A stretch of DNA of 20,000 nucleotides from an uncultured virus (IMG/VR IMGVR_UViG_3300035698_022242) (lineage: Duplodnaviria > Heunggongvirae > Uroviricota > Caudoviricetes): IMG/VR virus record IMGVR_UViG_3300035698_022242; one strand, given 5' to 3'. Position 1 is the stretch's first letter, and each line of letters begins with the position of its first letter. Shown one piece after another: positions 9,636 to 18,337 of the stretch. Under the pieces are notes generated by a model. The model worked only from the letters and a program-made list of their open reading frames with translations. It ran no database searches and was not told where the DNA came from. A program made the position numbers and the translations under genes.

Positions 9636-10699
9636 ATGAGAATACTGCACATATATGCAACTGTCAATAATTCTGGCGATCAGATGATCGGGTATGCAAC
9701 ACGCCTCATGTTTGAGAGGTACGTTAAAGTAACGGGTTGGGTTAGTGAGAATATTAGAAAGGTTTTTAACTATGATGATGTAAAGAAAATTAATACGTTT
9801 GATGCCGTGGTAGTTGGCCCAGGAGGAATTTTTTTGTATGACGAGACAAATTCAAAGGCTGGCACAAGGGAGATATCTGGATACCAATGGTTGATTTCTG
9901 AGGCACTCCTTAGTAAGATAAAAGTTCCAGTACTGGTTGTAGCTGCTGGTTGGAACCAGTTTCGTGGTAGGGCTGCTTTGTACCCGACCACTCTGAAAGG
10001 GATATCTGACTTAATTTCTAAGTCTAGCTATTTTTCTGTTCGACATACCGGTGATGCCCATAGTTTAGAAAATTTTCTTCATTTGCATGAAGGTAGTGTT
10101 AAAGTATTTATGTGCCCAACCTTGTTGCTTGGCACGTCTCATAAGGCAGAAGTGCAAAGAAAGCGAATTTTAGCCATTCAGATTGCGGGGGATAGACCTA
10201 AACTTCGTTATACCGTTGGAATAAAAAGAACTTATGAAATTCTTTCAGAGTACATATCGGTAATGTCGAAGGACTTCCCGGAGATACATATAGTTGACCA
10301 GTGTTGTGATACAGGATTTTTTAAATTTATAAAGGAACGAAGAAAAGATGTGAAATTTGTTTCATTGGTAAACAAGTCACTAGACCAGCAGCTAACGTAT
10401 TATAAAGAAATAGGGGTGATGTTGGCCACTAGAGGGCATGCCCAAATGATCCCAATAGGATGCGCTACCCCAACTGTTTCTCTAATAACGCACAATAAAG
10501 TAGCGTATTTCTTGGATGACCTAAAAAGGCTACTCCTGCTTCACGAATTTCTGAGACGGGGGTAGATATTACGCGGGTAAGGTCAGGTGATCTGGTGCAG
10601 GCGACACGTATAGCACGTTCGCTGGACTACACTTTGGTGAACAGTGCTATAGAGAAATCTATTATAGCTTCTTTCCAAGAAATGTTGAGTATTTTATGA
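9636..10699 (+). CDS. Polysaccharide pyruvyl transferase family protein (CsaB/WcaK-like), apparently frameshifted near 10523-10562
   Basis: NNSGDQMI, VVGPGGIF, SVRH..D, ATRGHAQMIP, SLITHNKV. Frame 0 stops at 10565. The -1 frame is open from 10520 to TGA 10697-10699, which overlaps the next ATG. Confidence 0.8.
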
Positions 10700-11334
10700 C
10701 TTGTCCTGTTTGTCAATCCCCAGATGTTATTCATAAGGTGGCTACTAGTTCCTTTTTTAATTTAGATATAGATCAGTGTAACTTCTGTGGTCTTAGTTGG
10801 GTTAACAGGGGCGATGATCAGGTTAGCGAGGTGGAAGAACAAAAAAAGTTTGACCACATTTTTGGTACAAACAGGAAAAGAAACGAGTATTATTTAGAGA
10901 AATTATGTGCTTTTTCTGACGTGAAAACTGTTTTGAAAGTTGGCTCACCAAAAGATTTTTCGTTTTTGCTAGAGATTGGGAGAAGGTATCCATTTATTCA
11001 CCTTTTTTCTTATGATTTATTACATAAGGATACACCAAAAAATGTGGAACCAATCAGCGACATCACAGAGTACTACTCTATAATTTTTTGTATCCACACG
11101 TTAGAGCATATTTTGCCTACTGATACCCAGGCTGTAGTAGCTAAAATGGTTAATCATTGTGATTATTTATTCTTGGAAGTACCTAACTGCCATTCAATTG
11201 ATCGTTTATGTGAGAGTAGCAAGCACCCGCACAACGTGTTCTTTACTAAGAAGTCGCTGACTAACTTATTAGGAACTGACTCTATTTGCAGAACTACAAA
11301 TCATGTAATTCAGATTGAGAGAAAAAATGTATAA
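10696..11334 (+). CDS. Class I SAM-dependent methyltransferase-like protein with N-terminal Zn ribbon
   Basis: CPVC...CNFC, degenerate motif I (VLKVGS), IIFCIHTLEHI, LFLEVPN, HPHNVFFTKKSL, typical of glycan-cluster methyltransferases. Confidence 0.7.
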   Translation: MTCPVCQSPDVIHKVATSSFFNLDIDQCNFCGLSWVNRGDDQVSEVEEQKKFDHIFGTNRKRNEYYLEKLCAFSDVKTVLKVGSPKDFSFLLEIGRRYPFIHLFSYDLLHKDTPKNVEPISDITEYYSIIFCIHTLEHILPTDTQAVVAKMVNHCDYLFLEVPNCHSIDRLCESSKHPHNVFFTKKSLTNLLGTDSICRTTNHVIQIERKNV

Positions 11335-12061
11335 CGTAGATGTAGTGATTATTAGCTGGGCAAAGACCAAAGAGCTATACGACATTACGTGGAATGGACT
11401 TTCTTCTTTATTTGGATGTAAGCCAACCATGGCGTATCATGCTTATGTTGTTGAGTCAAACCCAGATGTTACGTATGACCAGTTTAATTCTGATGTGCAT
11501 ACATGTACAACTATCCACCCCACTACAGAATTTGGGTATAACAAATATTTAAATATTGGTAGAAGGTTAGGAAAGTCAGAGTACGTGGTTCTTTGTAATA
11601 ATGACTTGACTTATGATTGCGGGTGGGCTGCTAATATTATAAGAGAGATGAACAAAGATGCAGACCTTTTATCTGCTTCTCCTTGGTGTCCTCAGATACA
11701 TAGAGACAGGCATAAGAAGGGAAATGTGGGGAATTGTGTTTATGGGTATAGTATAATTACTAAGGTTACTGGATGGTGCATTTTTCAGAAGAGGAAGATA
11801 TATGATTTACTTGGTGATTTAGATGAGCGTTTTGTATTTTGGTATAGTGACAATGATTATTGTATGACTATTCGAGAGAAGGGTATTAAACATGCTTTAG
11901 TTATTAACTCTTGGGTGGAACATCATGGAAAACGTGTTGGCAAAACTGCGGATAATGTATTATCAAAAGAAAAACTAAGAACATATACATCATTGCAAAA
12001 GAAAATATTTTTGAATAAATGGAAAAATATAAATAATATACTAGTAAGCCCTAAGGATTAA
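11327..12061 (+). CDS. GT2 family glycosyltransferase
   Basis: VDVVIIS, YVVES, FGYNKYLNIG, LCNND, GWC, LDERFVFWYSDNDY, VEH. Likely start is the ATG at 11327. Confidence 0.85.
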   Translation: MYNVDVVIISWAKTKELYDITWNGLSSLFGCKPTMAYHAYVVESNPDVTYDQFNSDVHTCTTIHPTTEFGYNKYLNIGRRLGKSEYVVLCNNDLTYDCGWAANIIREMNKDADLLSASPWCPQIHRDRHKKGNVGNCVYGYSIITKVTGWCIFQKRKIYDLLGDLDERFVFWYSDNDYCMTIREKGIKHALVINSWVEHHGKRVGKTADNVLSKEKLRTYTSLQKKIFLNKWKNINNILVSPKD

Positions 12062-12062
12062 C

Positions 12063-12596
12063 ATGAGTAAACTAACTGTAATATTAGCTCATAAAAATAG
12101 ACAACATAATTTAGAGTTTTGCTTAGAATCTATTAATTCATCAAATAAAATACCTCGTGTTATATTGGTTGATTTCGGAAGTACCATACAACCAAGATAT
12201 ACATATCCATGGTTACAAATTATTCATGTAACACATAATACCGATTTTTTTCAAAAAGCACGAGCTTTAAATATTGGAATTAGGCAGACAAAAACTGTTA
12301 ATTTGTGTACTACTGATGTTGATCAGATATTCAATAAAAATTTTTTTAGTGTAGTTGATAATACACTTACTACGCGTAAAAGTGTGTATGTAATGTGTCG
12401 TACGTACGTATTGCGTGAATTGCCTTCAACTATTTCCCCCAAAAACATAATGATAAATTTTGATAAACTTTTAATAGAAGCAAAAAAAATAAGAAAAATA
12501 CCATTTGGTGATGGATGTTGTCATGGGATGCCTACATATGTTGCGCATGCATTAGGAGGGTATGATGAAAGTAGCAGATTATTCGCAAAAACATGA
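12063..12596 (+). pseudogene. C-terminally truncated GT2/GT7-like glycosyltransferase, paralog of 6473-7216
   Basis: Aligns by eye with 6473-7216 (LTVI.A.KNR, VDFG, KARA.NIG, TD.DQIF.KNFFS, GDGCCH, GGY.ES) but stops 7 codons after GGYDES, without the WGxED motif. Confidence 0.7.
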
Positions 12597-12705
12597 CAAA
12601 TGAGTTATACATTGTGACAATAATAAAAATTGCGCAACCAGAACAGGCGTAGTAAAAAAATTGATTAATATAAGTTATAAAATCAGGTTATTATGAAATT
12701 TTTCT

Positions 12706-12710
12706 AGGAG
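12706..12710 (+). promoter_or_regulatory. Shine-Dalgarno site
   Basis: AGGAG 5 nt before the GTG at 12716. Confidence 0.65.
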
Positions 12711-12715
12711 ACTAT

Positions 12716-13429
12716 GTGAATGATGTTATTTCAGTATTAGTTCTTACATATAATAGACGTAATATTGTCTCTATGTGTCTCCCATACATCGCAGAACATT
12801 TAGAAAAATCAAATTCTGAGATATTAATCTGGGATAATGGATCAACTGATGGAACATTAGATTGGATTTTTCAGTTCGCACATTCAAATACAAAAAATAA
12901 AATCAATGTATTTTTTTCTGAAAAAAATTATGGAGTTGAAGCTATTAATTTTTTAGTAGACAAAACTGTAGGAGAATATATCATAAAAGTGGACAGTGAT
13001 ATAATTCCGCCCGTTCAGTATGATACGCGTATGTTAACCGCTTATATAGCATGTGCAAAGGAAAACATTGCTTACTTATCTTGGGATATTCCTTGGGGGC
13101 ACACATCTTTTGCCAAACGTTCTGGTATGAAATTGTATAAAGGTGATCGAGGAACTATTGTGTCTGTTACCCCTAATACACGCGTACTCTGTAATTATGC
13201 TCCAAGCAAATGGATGGTGAATGGTGCGTGCAGATTTTCAGAAAAAGATGTATTTACTAAACTGGGTAGTCATCCACAAGGTAAGCGGTATGGAGTAGAC
13301 ACGTATGTGAGTGCTCAGGCCGAGAAAGCTGGTTATACATGTGGATTCATAGACACCCACGATAAGGCACAGCACATCACACAAATGGATATTATGGAGA
13401 AAATCTATGGCAAAACATCAACCACTTAG
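12716..13429 (+). CDS. GT2 family glycosyltransferase
   Basis: ISVLVLTYNR, EILIWDNGSTDGT, NYG, GEYIIKVDSD. Confidence 0.88.
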   Translation: MNDVISVLVLTYNRRNIVSMCLPYIAEHLEKSNSEILIWDNGSTDGTLDWIFQFAHSNTKNKINVFFSEKNYGVEAINFLVDKTVGEYIIKVDSDIIPPVQYDTRMLTAYIACAKENIAYLSWDIPWGHTSFAKRSGMKLYKGDRGTIVSVTPNTRVLCNYAPSKWMVNGACRFSEKDVFTKLGSHPQGKRYGVDTYVSAQAEKAGYTCGFIDTHDKAQHITQMDIMEKIYGKTSTT

Positions 13430-14213
13430 TATTATTATTCCTGTCGTTAATCAACCTGAAATGACTGTGCGGTGTTTTCAGTCAATACGTGCAAATACAA
13501 AAATGCCGTATGAGATAATTTGGGTTGATAATAATTCAGATCCTGAAAGCTTTGGAATAATTAGAAGACAAGCTACGCGTCCTAGAGTTAATTGTAAATT
13601 GATACGAAATGAATACAATGTTGGTTTTATCAAAGCAATAAACCAAGGTATTGCAGAAGCTAAAGGTGAATACATAATTTTGTTAAACAATGATACAGAG
13701 GTAACGTGGCGATGGGCTACAAAATTAATAAAACCACTTATTAATGATAAAAAGGTTGGAGCGGTAGGCCCCGTCACACAAAGTAAAATTGCCTGGCAAG
13801 AAGCAATGAGTCTTAATGCTCGTTGGGATTTAGGCCTACCCAAGTACACAAAAGCACAAAAAAATAGATATGGTAAAGTACTCGATGAACTATTCAAAGA
13901 CAGATACATTGATGTAGAACGCCTACCTCTGTCTTTTTTCTGTGCTGCTTTTCGGAGAAGTACGTTCACAGAGCTTGGCGGTCTTTGTGAGGAGTTTTCT
14001 ATCGGCTTAGGTGATGATGACGAGTATGGGATGCGTATGCGCGCAAATGGCTTTAAATCGCTTCTCAGCCTGGGTACCTTCGTGTATCACGCACATCGAA
14101 CAACGTTCAATGCTCTGCAATTGGGTGTGGATTCTTTGCGGAGGTACAACATGAAAATTTTGCGAAGAAAAGAAAAAGAATTAAAGGCTGCTGAAAAAAA
14201 GAAGGCGATATAG
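13407..14213 (+). CDS. GT2 family glycosyltransferase
   Basis: LSIIIPVVN, EIIWVDNNS, NVGFIKAINQG, LLNNDTEV, GDDDEY, FVYHAH; SD GGAG at 13396-13399. Confidence 0.9.
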   Translation: MAKHQPLSIIIPVVNQPEMTVRCFQSIRANTKMPYEIIWVDNNSDPESFGIIRRQATRPRVNCKLIRNEYNVGFIKAINQGIAEAKGEYIILLNNDTEVTWRWATKLIKPLINDKKVGAVGPVTQSKIAWQEAMSLNARWDLGLPKYTKAQKNRYGKVLDELFKDRYIDVERLPLSFFCAAFRRSTFTELGGLCEEFSIGLGDDDEYGMRMRANGFKSLLSLGTFVYHAHRTTFNALQLGVDSLRRYNMKILRRKEKELKAAEKKKAI

Positions 14214-14225
14214 TATGATGGCTCT

Positions 14226-15695
14226 ATGAGCGTTCATATACGCGTAGGACCACTTCGTCTGCTCATTACACCTAAGCTGCATCCAAAGGACTTTGATTTT
14301 CTTAAAAAGAAACTCACGTTCACGATGCATAACTACCAGTTTACCACCCAGCACACGATGCATGGGTGGGATGGGCGCAAAACACTTTTGTATAAGAATC
14401 AATCTGCTCCAGCAGGTTGTTTGTATCGGATCATGACCATTCTTAAGAATCAGCTGAAGTACGATGTAGACGTTGAATACGAGCATGATTACCCACCTAC
14501 AGGTGTTGCAGAAGTTATTCCATTTGATTTAATGGATTTTCAATTAAAAGCAGTGCAGCGTGCCATAAAGTACCGTCGTGGAATCATTCATGCTCCTGTG
14601 CGTGCGGGTAAGACTGCAATAATGTCAGCGTTAATTAACAAGATACAACATTTTCCAGTTTGGATAGTTACAAATGGTAAAGATCTTGTAAGACAAACTA
14701 TGAGTGATATTAATGAACATTTAAATATCCAACCTGGATATTTTTCTGAAGGTACGTTTATCCCCGGAGAAGTCGTAGTTACCAGTTATCAAGCACTTGG
14801 GCGTGCTGTATCCGACGCTAAGAAGTGGGAGAAAACTCAGATTCAATCTAATGCACTTGTCGAAAGAAATAAAGCAGTTCTAGCACATTTAAACCGTGCC
14901 CGCGTAGTCCTCTTTGACGAGTGTCATCATGCATTATCCCCGAAAAATCGAGCAATTGCAAACGAAGCGGTATCGTCAGGATACACCATAGGACTGTCAG
15001 GAACGCCTAAACCGGACCATGCGCATCGATTAGAAATGGAGGCTGCCATTGGTTCTGTGATTTTTAAGGTGAGTTATGCAACGTTAATTAAACATAAACG
15101 CATAGCTAGGCCTAAGATAGTCATGTACGAATTACCGTACAAATGGTTCGCAACAGGTCTCCGTGAATACCCAGAAATTTACACTGCAAACATTGTTGCA
15201 AACGTTTATAGAAATGCATTTATTGCTGAAATAGCAAATAAATTAAAGAAAGCAGGAAAAACTGTATATGTTATGATTCGTCATTTAGACCATGGACCCG
15301 TACTTCGTGCGCTAATTCCTGGGAGTGTATTTGTTCATGGGAATATCTCTGGAGAGGATAGGGAAAACTTGTACAAAGGTATTCAGGATAGGCGCATCAA
15401 ATGCATTGTCGCTACTGTTGGTAAAGAAGGATTAAATATTCCTAGTTTGGATGCCGTGATAAATGCGGAAGGGTATCAATCATCTATAGCGACCACTCAA
15501 AAAATGCGTTCAATTACAGCTAGTACTGGTAAAAAGTACGGAATAATTGTTGATTTTATTGATCGTGGAAAATATGTTGGAAAGCATAGCAAAGAAAGAA
15601 AACGAATTTATGAAAAAATAAAAGATGCAAAAATACTCTATCGCACGGTAAAAGCAAACCATTTTGACATGGAAGGTAGCCGATGGTCCCCATAG
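14226..15695 (+). CDS. Superfamily 2 DEAH-type DNA helicase (UvsW/XPB-like)
   Basis: Q-motif DFQLKAV, Walker A APVRAGKT, DECHH, GLSGTP, ATVGKEGLNIPSLD, IVDFID; N-terminal WDGRKTL as in UvsW-like proteins. Confidence 0.9.
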   Translation: MSVHIRVGPLRLLITPKLHPKDFDFLKKKLTFTMHNYQFTTQHTMHGWDGRKTLLYKNQSAPAGCLYRIMTILKNQLKYDVDVEYEHDYPPTGVAEVIPFDLMDFQLKAVQRAIKYRRGIIHAPVRAGKTAIMSALINKIQHFPVWIVTNGKDLVRQTMSDINEHLNIQPGYFSEGTFIPGEVVVTSYQALGRAVSDAKKWEKTQIQSNALVERNKAVLAHLNRARVVLFDECHHALSPKNRAIANEAVSSGYTIGLSGTPKPDHAHRLEMEAAIGSVIFKVSYATLIKHKRIARPKIVMYELPYKWFATGLREYPEIYTANIVANVYRNAFIAEIANKLKKAGKTVYVMIRHLDHGPVLRALIPGSVFVHGNISGEDRENLYKGIQDRRIKCIVATVGKEGLNIPSLDAVINAEGYQSSIATTQKMRSITASTGKKYGIIVDFIDRGKYVGKHSKERKRIYEKIKDAKILYRTVKANHFDMEGSRWSP

Positions 15696-16213
15696 ACGTA
15701 GACGAAATATTGTTGAATGATGCGGTGTGGTCCCAGGATCCTGTTGAACGCCATCTTATGAAGAAGATTATTAACTTGACAAAACAGAATGCTCGGTTAA
15801 AAGAACACATAGAAAGTACGAGTACGTTGTCGAAGTCGCGTCCAATAGATACGTGGACGCCTTTTAACTTCTTTCATTATTTTTGTACGAAGTACCGGGA
15901 GCGTTACAACCGTGAATTCAAGAAAAATGGAAATGTTGCCAGGGTATATTTCAAAATTGATTCATTTAGAACCTCTAATAGTATATCAAAAGAAGATTAC
16001 AAAAAATTCATAGATTCTGCTTTTTTTGGCTATTTTAATAACGTAAATACGCCAACTGTTTCCCATATCTGTAGTGCCAAACTATATAATTATTTGATGG
16101 CTCCAGACACGGACGTTACGTCCGCAGATGACTTGCGGGCACTTGATAAAGTACTTGCTACTGAAAACTCTGACTTTGAGCAGTACATGGACGAGATACC
16201 CTATGATGGATGA
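15683..16213 (+). CDS. Hypothetical protein, possibly replication-associated
   Basis: 176-aa ORF overlapping both the helicase and the loader genes; function inferred from position only. Confidence 0.7.
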   Translation: MVPIDVDEILLNDAVWSQDPVERHLMKKIINLTKQNARLKEHIESTSTLSKSRPIDTWTPFNFFHYFCTKYRERYNREFKKNGNVARVYFKIDSFRTSNSISKEDYKKFIDSAFFGYFNNVNTPTVSHICSAKLYNYLMAPDTDVTSADDLRALDKVLATENSDFEQYMDEIPYDG

Positions 16214-16952
16214 CCGAGACATCGCAGGACTTGAAGCAATAAAAAAGAATTGTGGAGTTTGTGGTGGTAAGGGGTACACAGTAACGGCTGATGGATCCTC
16301 TTATGAAATTCAGGATTGTATCTGTGTAAAAACAATAAGTGAGCATATTAAATACATTGCTGCAAATATACCAACAAAATACCGTTCATGGCATATTAAT
16401 GAATTGCGTAAAGACATTAAAGAGAACTCAAAAAATAAACGTTTCATAAAAGAAATTTTTGATTTTTTAGAACACATACCAGAAAACATAGATGACGGAT
16501 CAGGTTTATGGTTTTTTGCCCCGCCCGGTTTAGCAAAAAGTTCTATGATTACGTATATTTTAAAAGAGTCTATCCGACAAAACTATAAAGTATACTGGGG
16601 TAAGGCACACCAGTATGTGGATCTTAAGTTGAGTGCATCTCGGGGAGATCGTGATGCTGCAAAACTCTTACGACGTATTATCGAGTCTATGGATATTATC
16701 GCAATTGAAGAGGTAGATAAAGTACATCTCTATAGCGATCAACGTACTGCGCCTGCTGCCCAAAATAGGTCAGGCTATTTTAGAGATCATATTTTCTTTG
16801 AATTTCTTTCCGATTTATACGATGCAAATATCTCTATTTTAATGAGTTCTAATATGCCTCGCAATAAAATAGAAGAGGCATATCCATCGCATGTACGTGA
16901 TAGATTGCGTAAATTACATAACGTAGCACTCATTGGAAAGACGGGACGATAA
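16203..16952 (+). CDS. DnaC/IstB-like AAA+ helicase loader with N-terminal Zn-binding motif
   Basis: CGVCGGKG...DCIC, ANIPTKY, GLWFFAPPGLAKS (Walker A variant), IIAIEEVDK (Walker B), MSSN, RDRL. Likely start is ATG 16203 or 16206. Confidence 0.82.
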   Translation: MMDDRDIAGLEAIKKNCGVCGGKGYTVTADGSSYEIQDCICVKTISEHIKYIAANIPTKYRSWHINELRKDIKENSKNKRFIKEIFDFLEHIPENIDDGSGLWFFAPPGLAKSSMITYILKESIRQNYKVYWGKAHQYVDLKLSASRGDRDAAKLLRRIIESMDIIAIEEVDKVHLYSDQRTAPAAQNRSGYFRDHIFFEFLSDLYDANISILMSSNMPRNKIEEAYPSHVRDRLRKLHNVALIGKTGR

Positions 16953-18337
16953 TGCCAGCACTTGCATCTGCTACCGTAGAGCGCAGGGCGCTATCTGCGC
17001 TACTGATTGAGCCACATCACCTTAAGTCGCTTAGTATTCATGCTGATACGTTTTTTTCATCAAAAAATAAAACAGCATTCAAATTAATAAAAAGTTATGT
17101 AGATCGGTATAAAAAGTCACCGACGGTAAAAACACTTAAGATATTTATAGATAAAGAAAAAGATGCAGAAAAAATTGATGAATTATTAGATGGATTAGAT
17201 GTAATAAAAAAATTACCAACTGTTAAAGAAAAAGAAGTAGATTTCTATTTAGAAGAGGCAGATAATTTACGTATTGGTAGAGAAATCGCAAAAACAGCAG
17301 AATTGATCAAAGATAAATTTGAAGGCGGTGAAAAGGATTATATGAATGTTTTGCAAGATGTTATGAAAAAACTTTTAACAATTTCTACAGATAAAGATGG
17401 GGGGGTTACTAGAGGAATGATCCATGAAAATGTTAAGGACCGCTACGATATATTCGCTAAAAAACTCGGTACAGACGACAAAGGAGAGGTCATTCCCTTT
17501 GGGATGTCTGCACTGGACTCCATTGTAGGCGGTATGCGCAAAACATTTGTTACGCTCCTATACTCTAAGACTGGTGGCGGTAAAACGCGTACAGCAATCA
17601 ATATGGCGTATAATGCTGCGATGGCTGGGTTCAGCGTGATCTATTTCTCCTTAGAGATGTCATTTAATCTCCTTTCCTCATGTTTTGATAGCCGCATGGC
17701 TATGGTGGACAGTCGTAACATTATTTTCAGTAAAATGTCTAAGAGTGAGATAAAAAAGTATAAACAAGCTTTACGTAAACAATACGAAGATAAATTAGAT
17801 GTGTATGTAGTAGATATTTCTATTGGGAATACATCATCAAAGATCATGGAAGAAATTGAGCTATATCAGATGACTCAAGGAAAAACTCCTGATCTTGCAA
17901 TTATTGATTATGCCAATATTATGCGACCACAAGCGGTATATTCTGGTCGATCTGAACAATACGATAAATTATTTCAAGAGATTCATAATATTGCTAAATT
18001 TTACAATGTGTCGATTCTTACCGCTACACAGGAAAGTAGAGAAGCATCGAAAGGAGATATTGAAGCTAAACAACATAAAATACAGATAGAACAAGGTGTT
18101 CATAATATTGGATTATCTAATTTTATGGCTCCACACTGTGAAACAGTTATTCGTTTAAAACAGGACTCAGCTGACCGCGCACAAAATAAATTATGGGCAA
18201 TTATTGATAAAAGTCGTTATGGAAATATTGGAGAAGCAATTCCATTAACTGCATTGTGGGATATCACGTATGTGGGTGACCGGTCTAGTAACCTGCGTAT
18301 AAAAAAGAATCCGAAAAACGGTTTATACGATGGTTGA
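16952..18337 (+). CDS. dnaB: DnaB-like replicative helicase
   Basis: IPFGMSALDSIVGG, SKTGGGKT, YFSLEMS, IIDYANIM, LTATQ, IDKSRYG; TAATG overlap with the loader gene. Confidence 0.9.
   Translation: MPALASATVERRALSALLIEPHHLKSLSIHADTFFSSKNKTAFKLIKSYVDRYKKSPTVKTLKIFIDKEKDAEKIDELLDGLDVIKKLPTVKEKEVDFYLEEADNLRIGREIAKTAELIKDKFEGGEKDYMNVLQDVMKKLLTISTDKDGGVTRGMIHENVKDRYDIFAKKLGTDDKGEVIPFGMSALDSIVGGMRKTFVTLLYSKTGGGKTRTAINMAYNAAMAGFSVIYFSLEMSFNLLSSCFDSRMAMVDSRNIIFSKMSKSEIKKYKQALRKQYEDKLDVYVVDISIGNTSSKIMEEIELYQMTQGKTPDLAIIDYANIMRPQAVYSGRSEQYDKLFQEIHNIAKFYNVSILTATQESREASKGDIEAKQHKIQIEQGVHNIGLSNFMAPHCETVIRLKQDSADRAQNKLWAIIDKSRYGNIGEAIPLTALWDITYVGDRSSNLRIKKNPKNGLYDG

Noticed and set aside
10563..12596. Stop-codon reassignment as an explanation for the two truncated genes
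   Set aside because: TAA, TAG and TGA all end intact genes here, and reading through TAG 10565 or TGA 12596 meets another stop within a few codons.
12597..12705. Sigma-70 promoter in the AT-rich gap
   Set aside because: The best match (TTGCGC-17-TAAAAA) is weak, and TTGATT has no properly spaced -10 element.
12714..12719. ATG-TGA start-stop minigene overlapping the GTG start at 12716
   Set aside because: The SD spacing (3 nt) disfavours the ATG, and such hexamers arise by chance.
3..14213. Ordinary bacterial O-antigen or capsule locus
   Set aside because: No transport, polymerase or initiating-transferase genes are present, and phage-type RuvC and replication genes are interleaved. It cannot be fully excluded without flanking sequence.
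17895..18089. 64-aa alternative-frame plus-strand ORF inside dnaB
   Set aside because: It has no SD or motif and overlaps conserved DnaB motifs.
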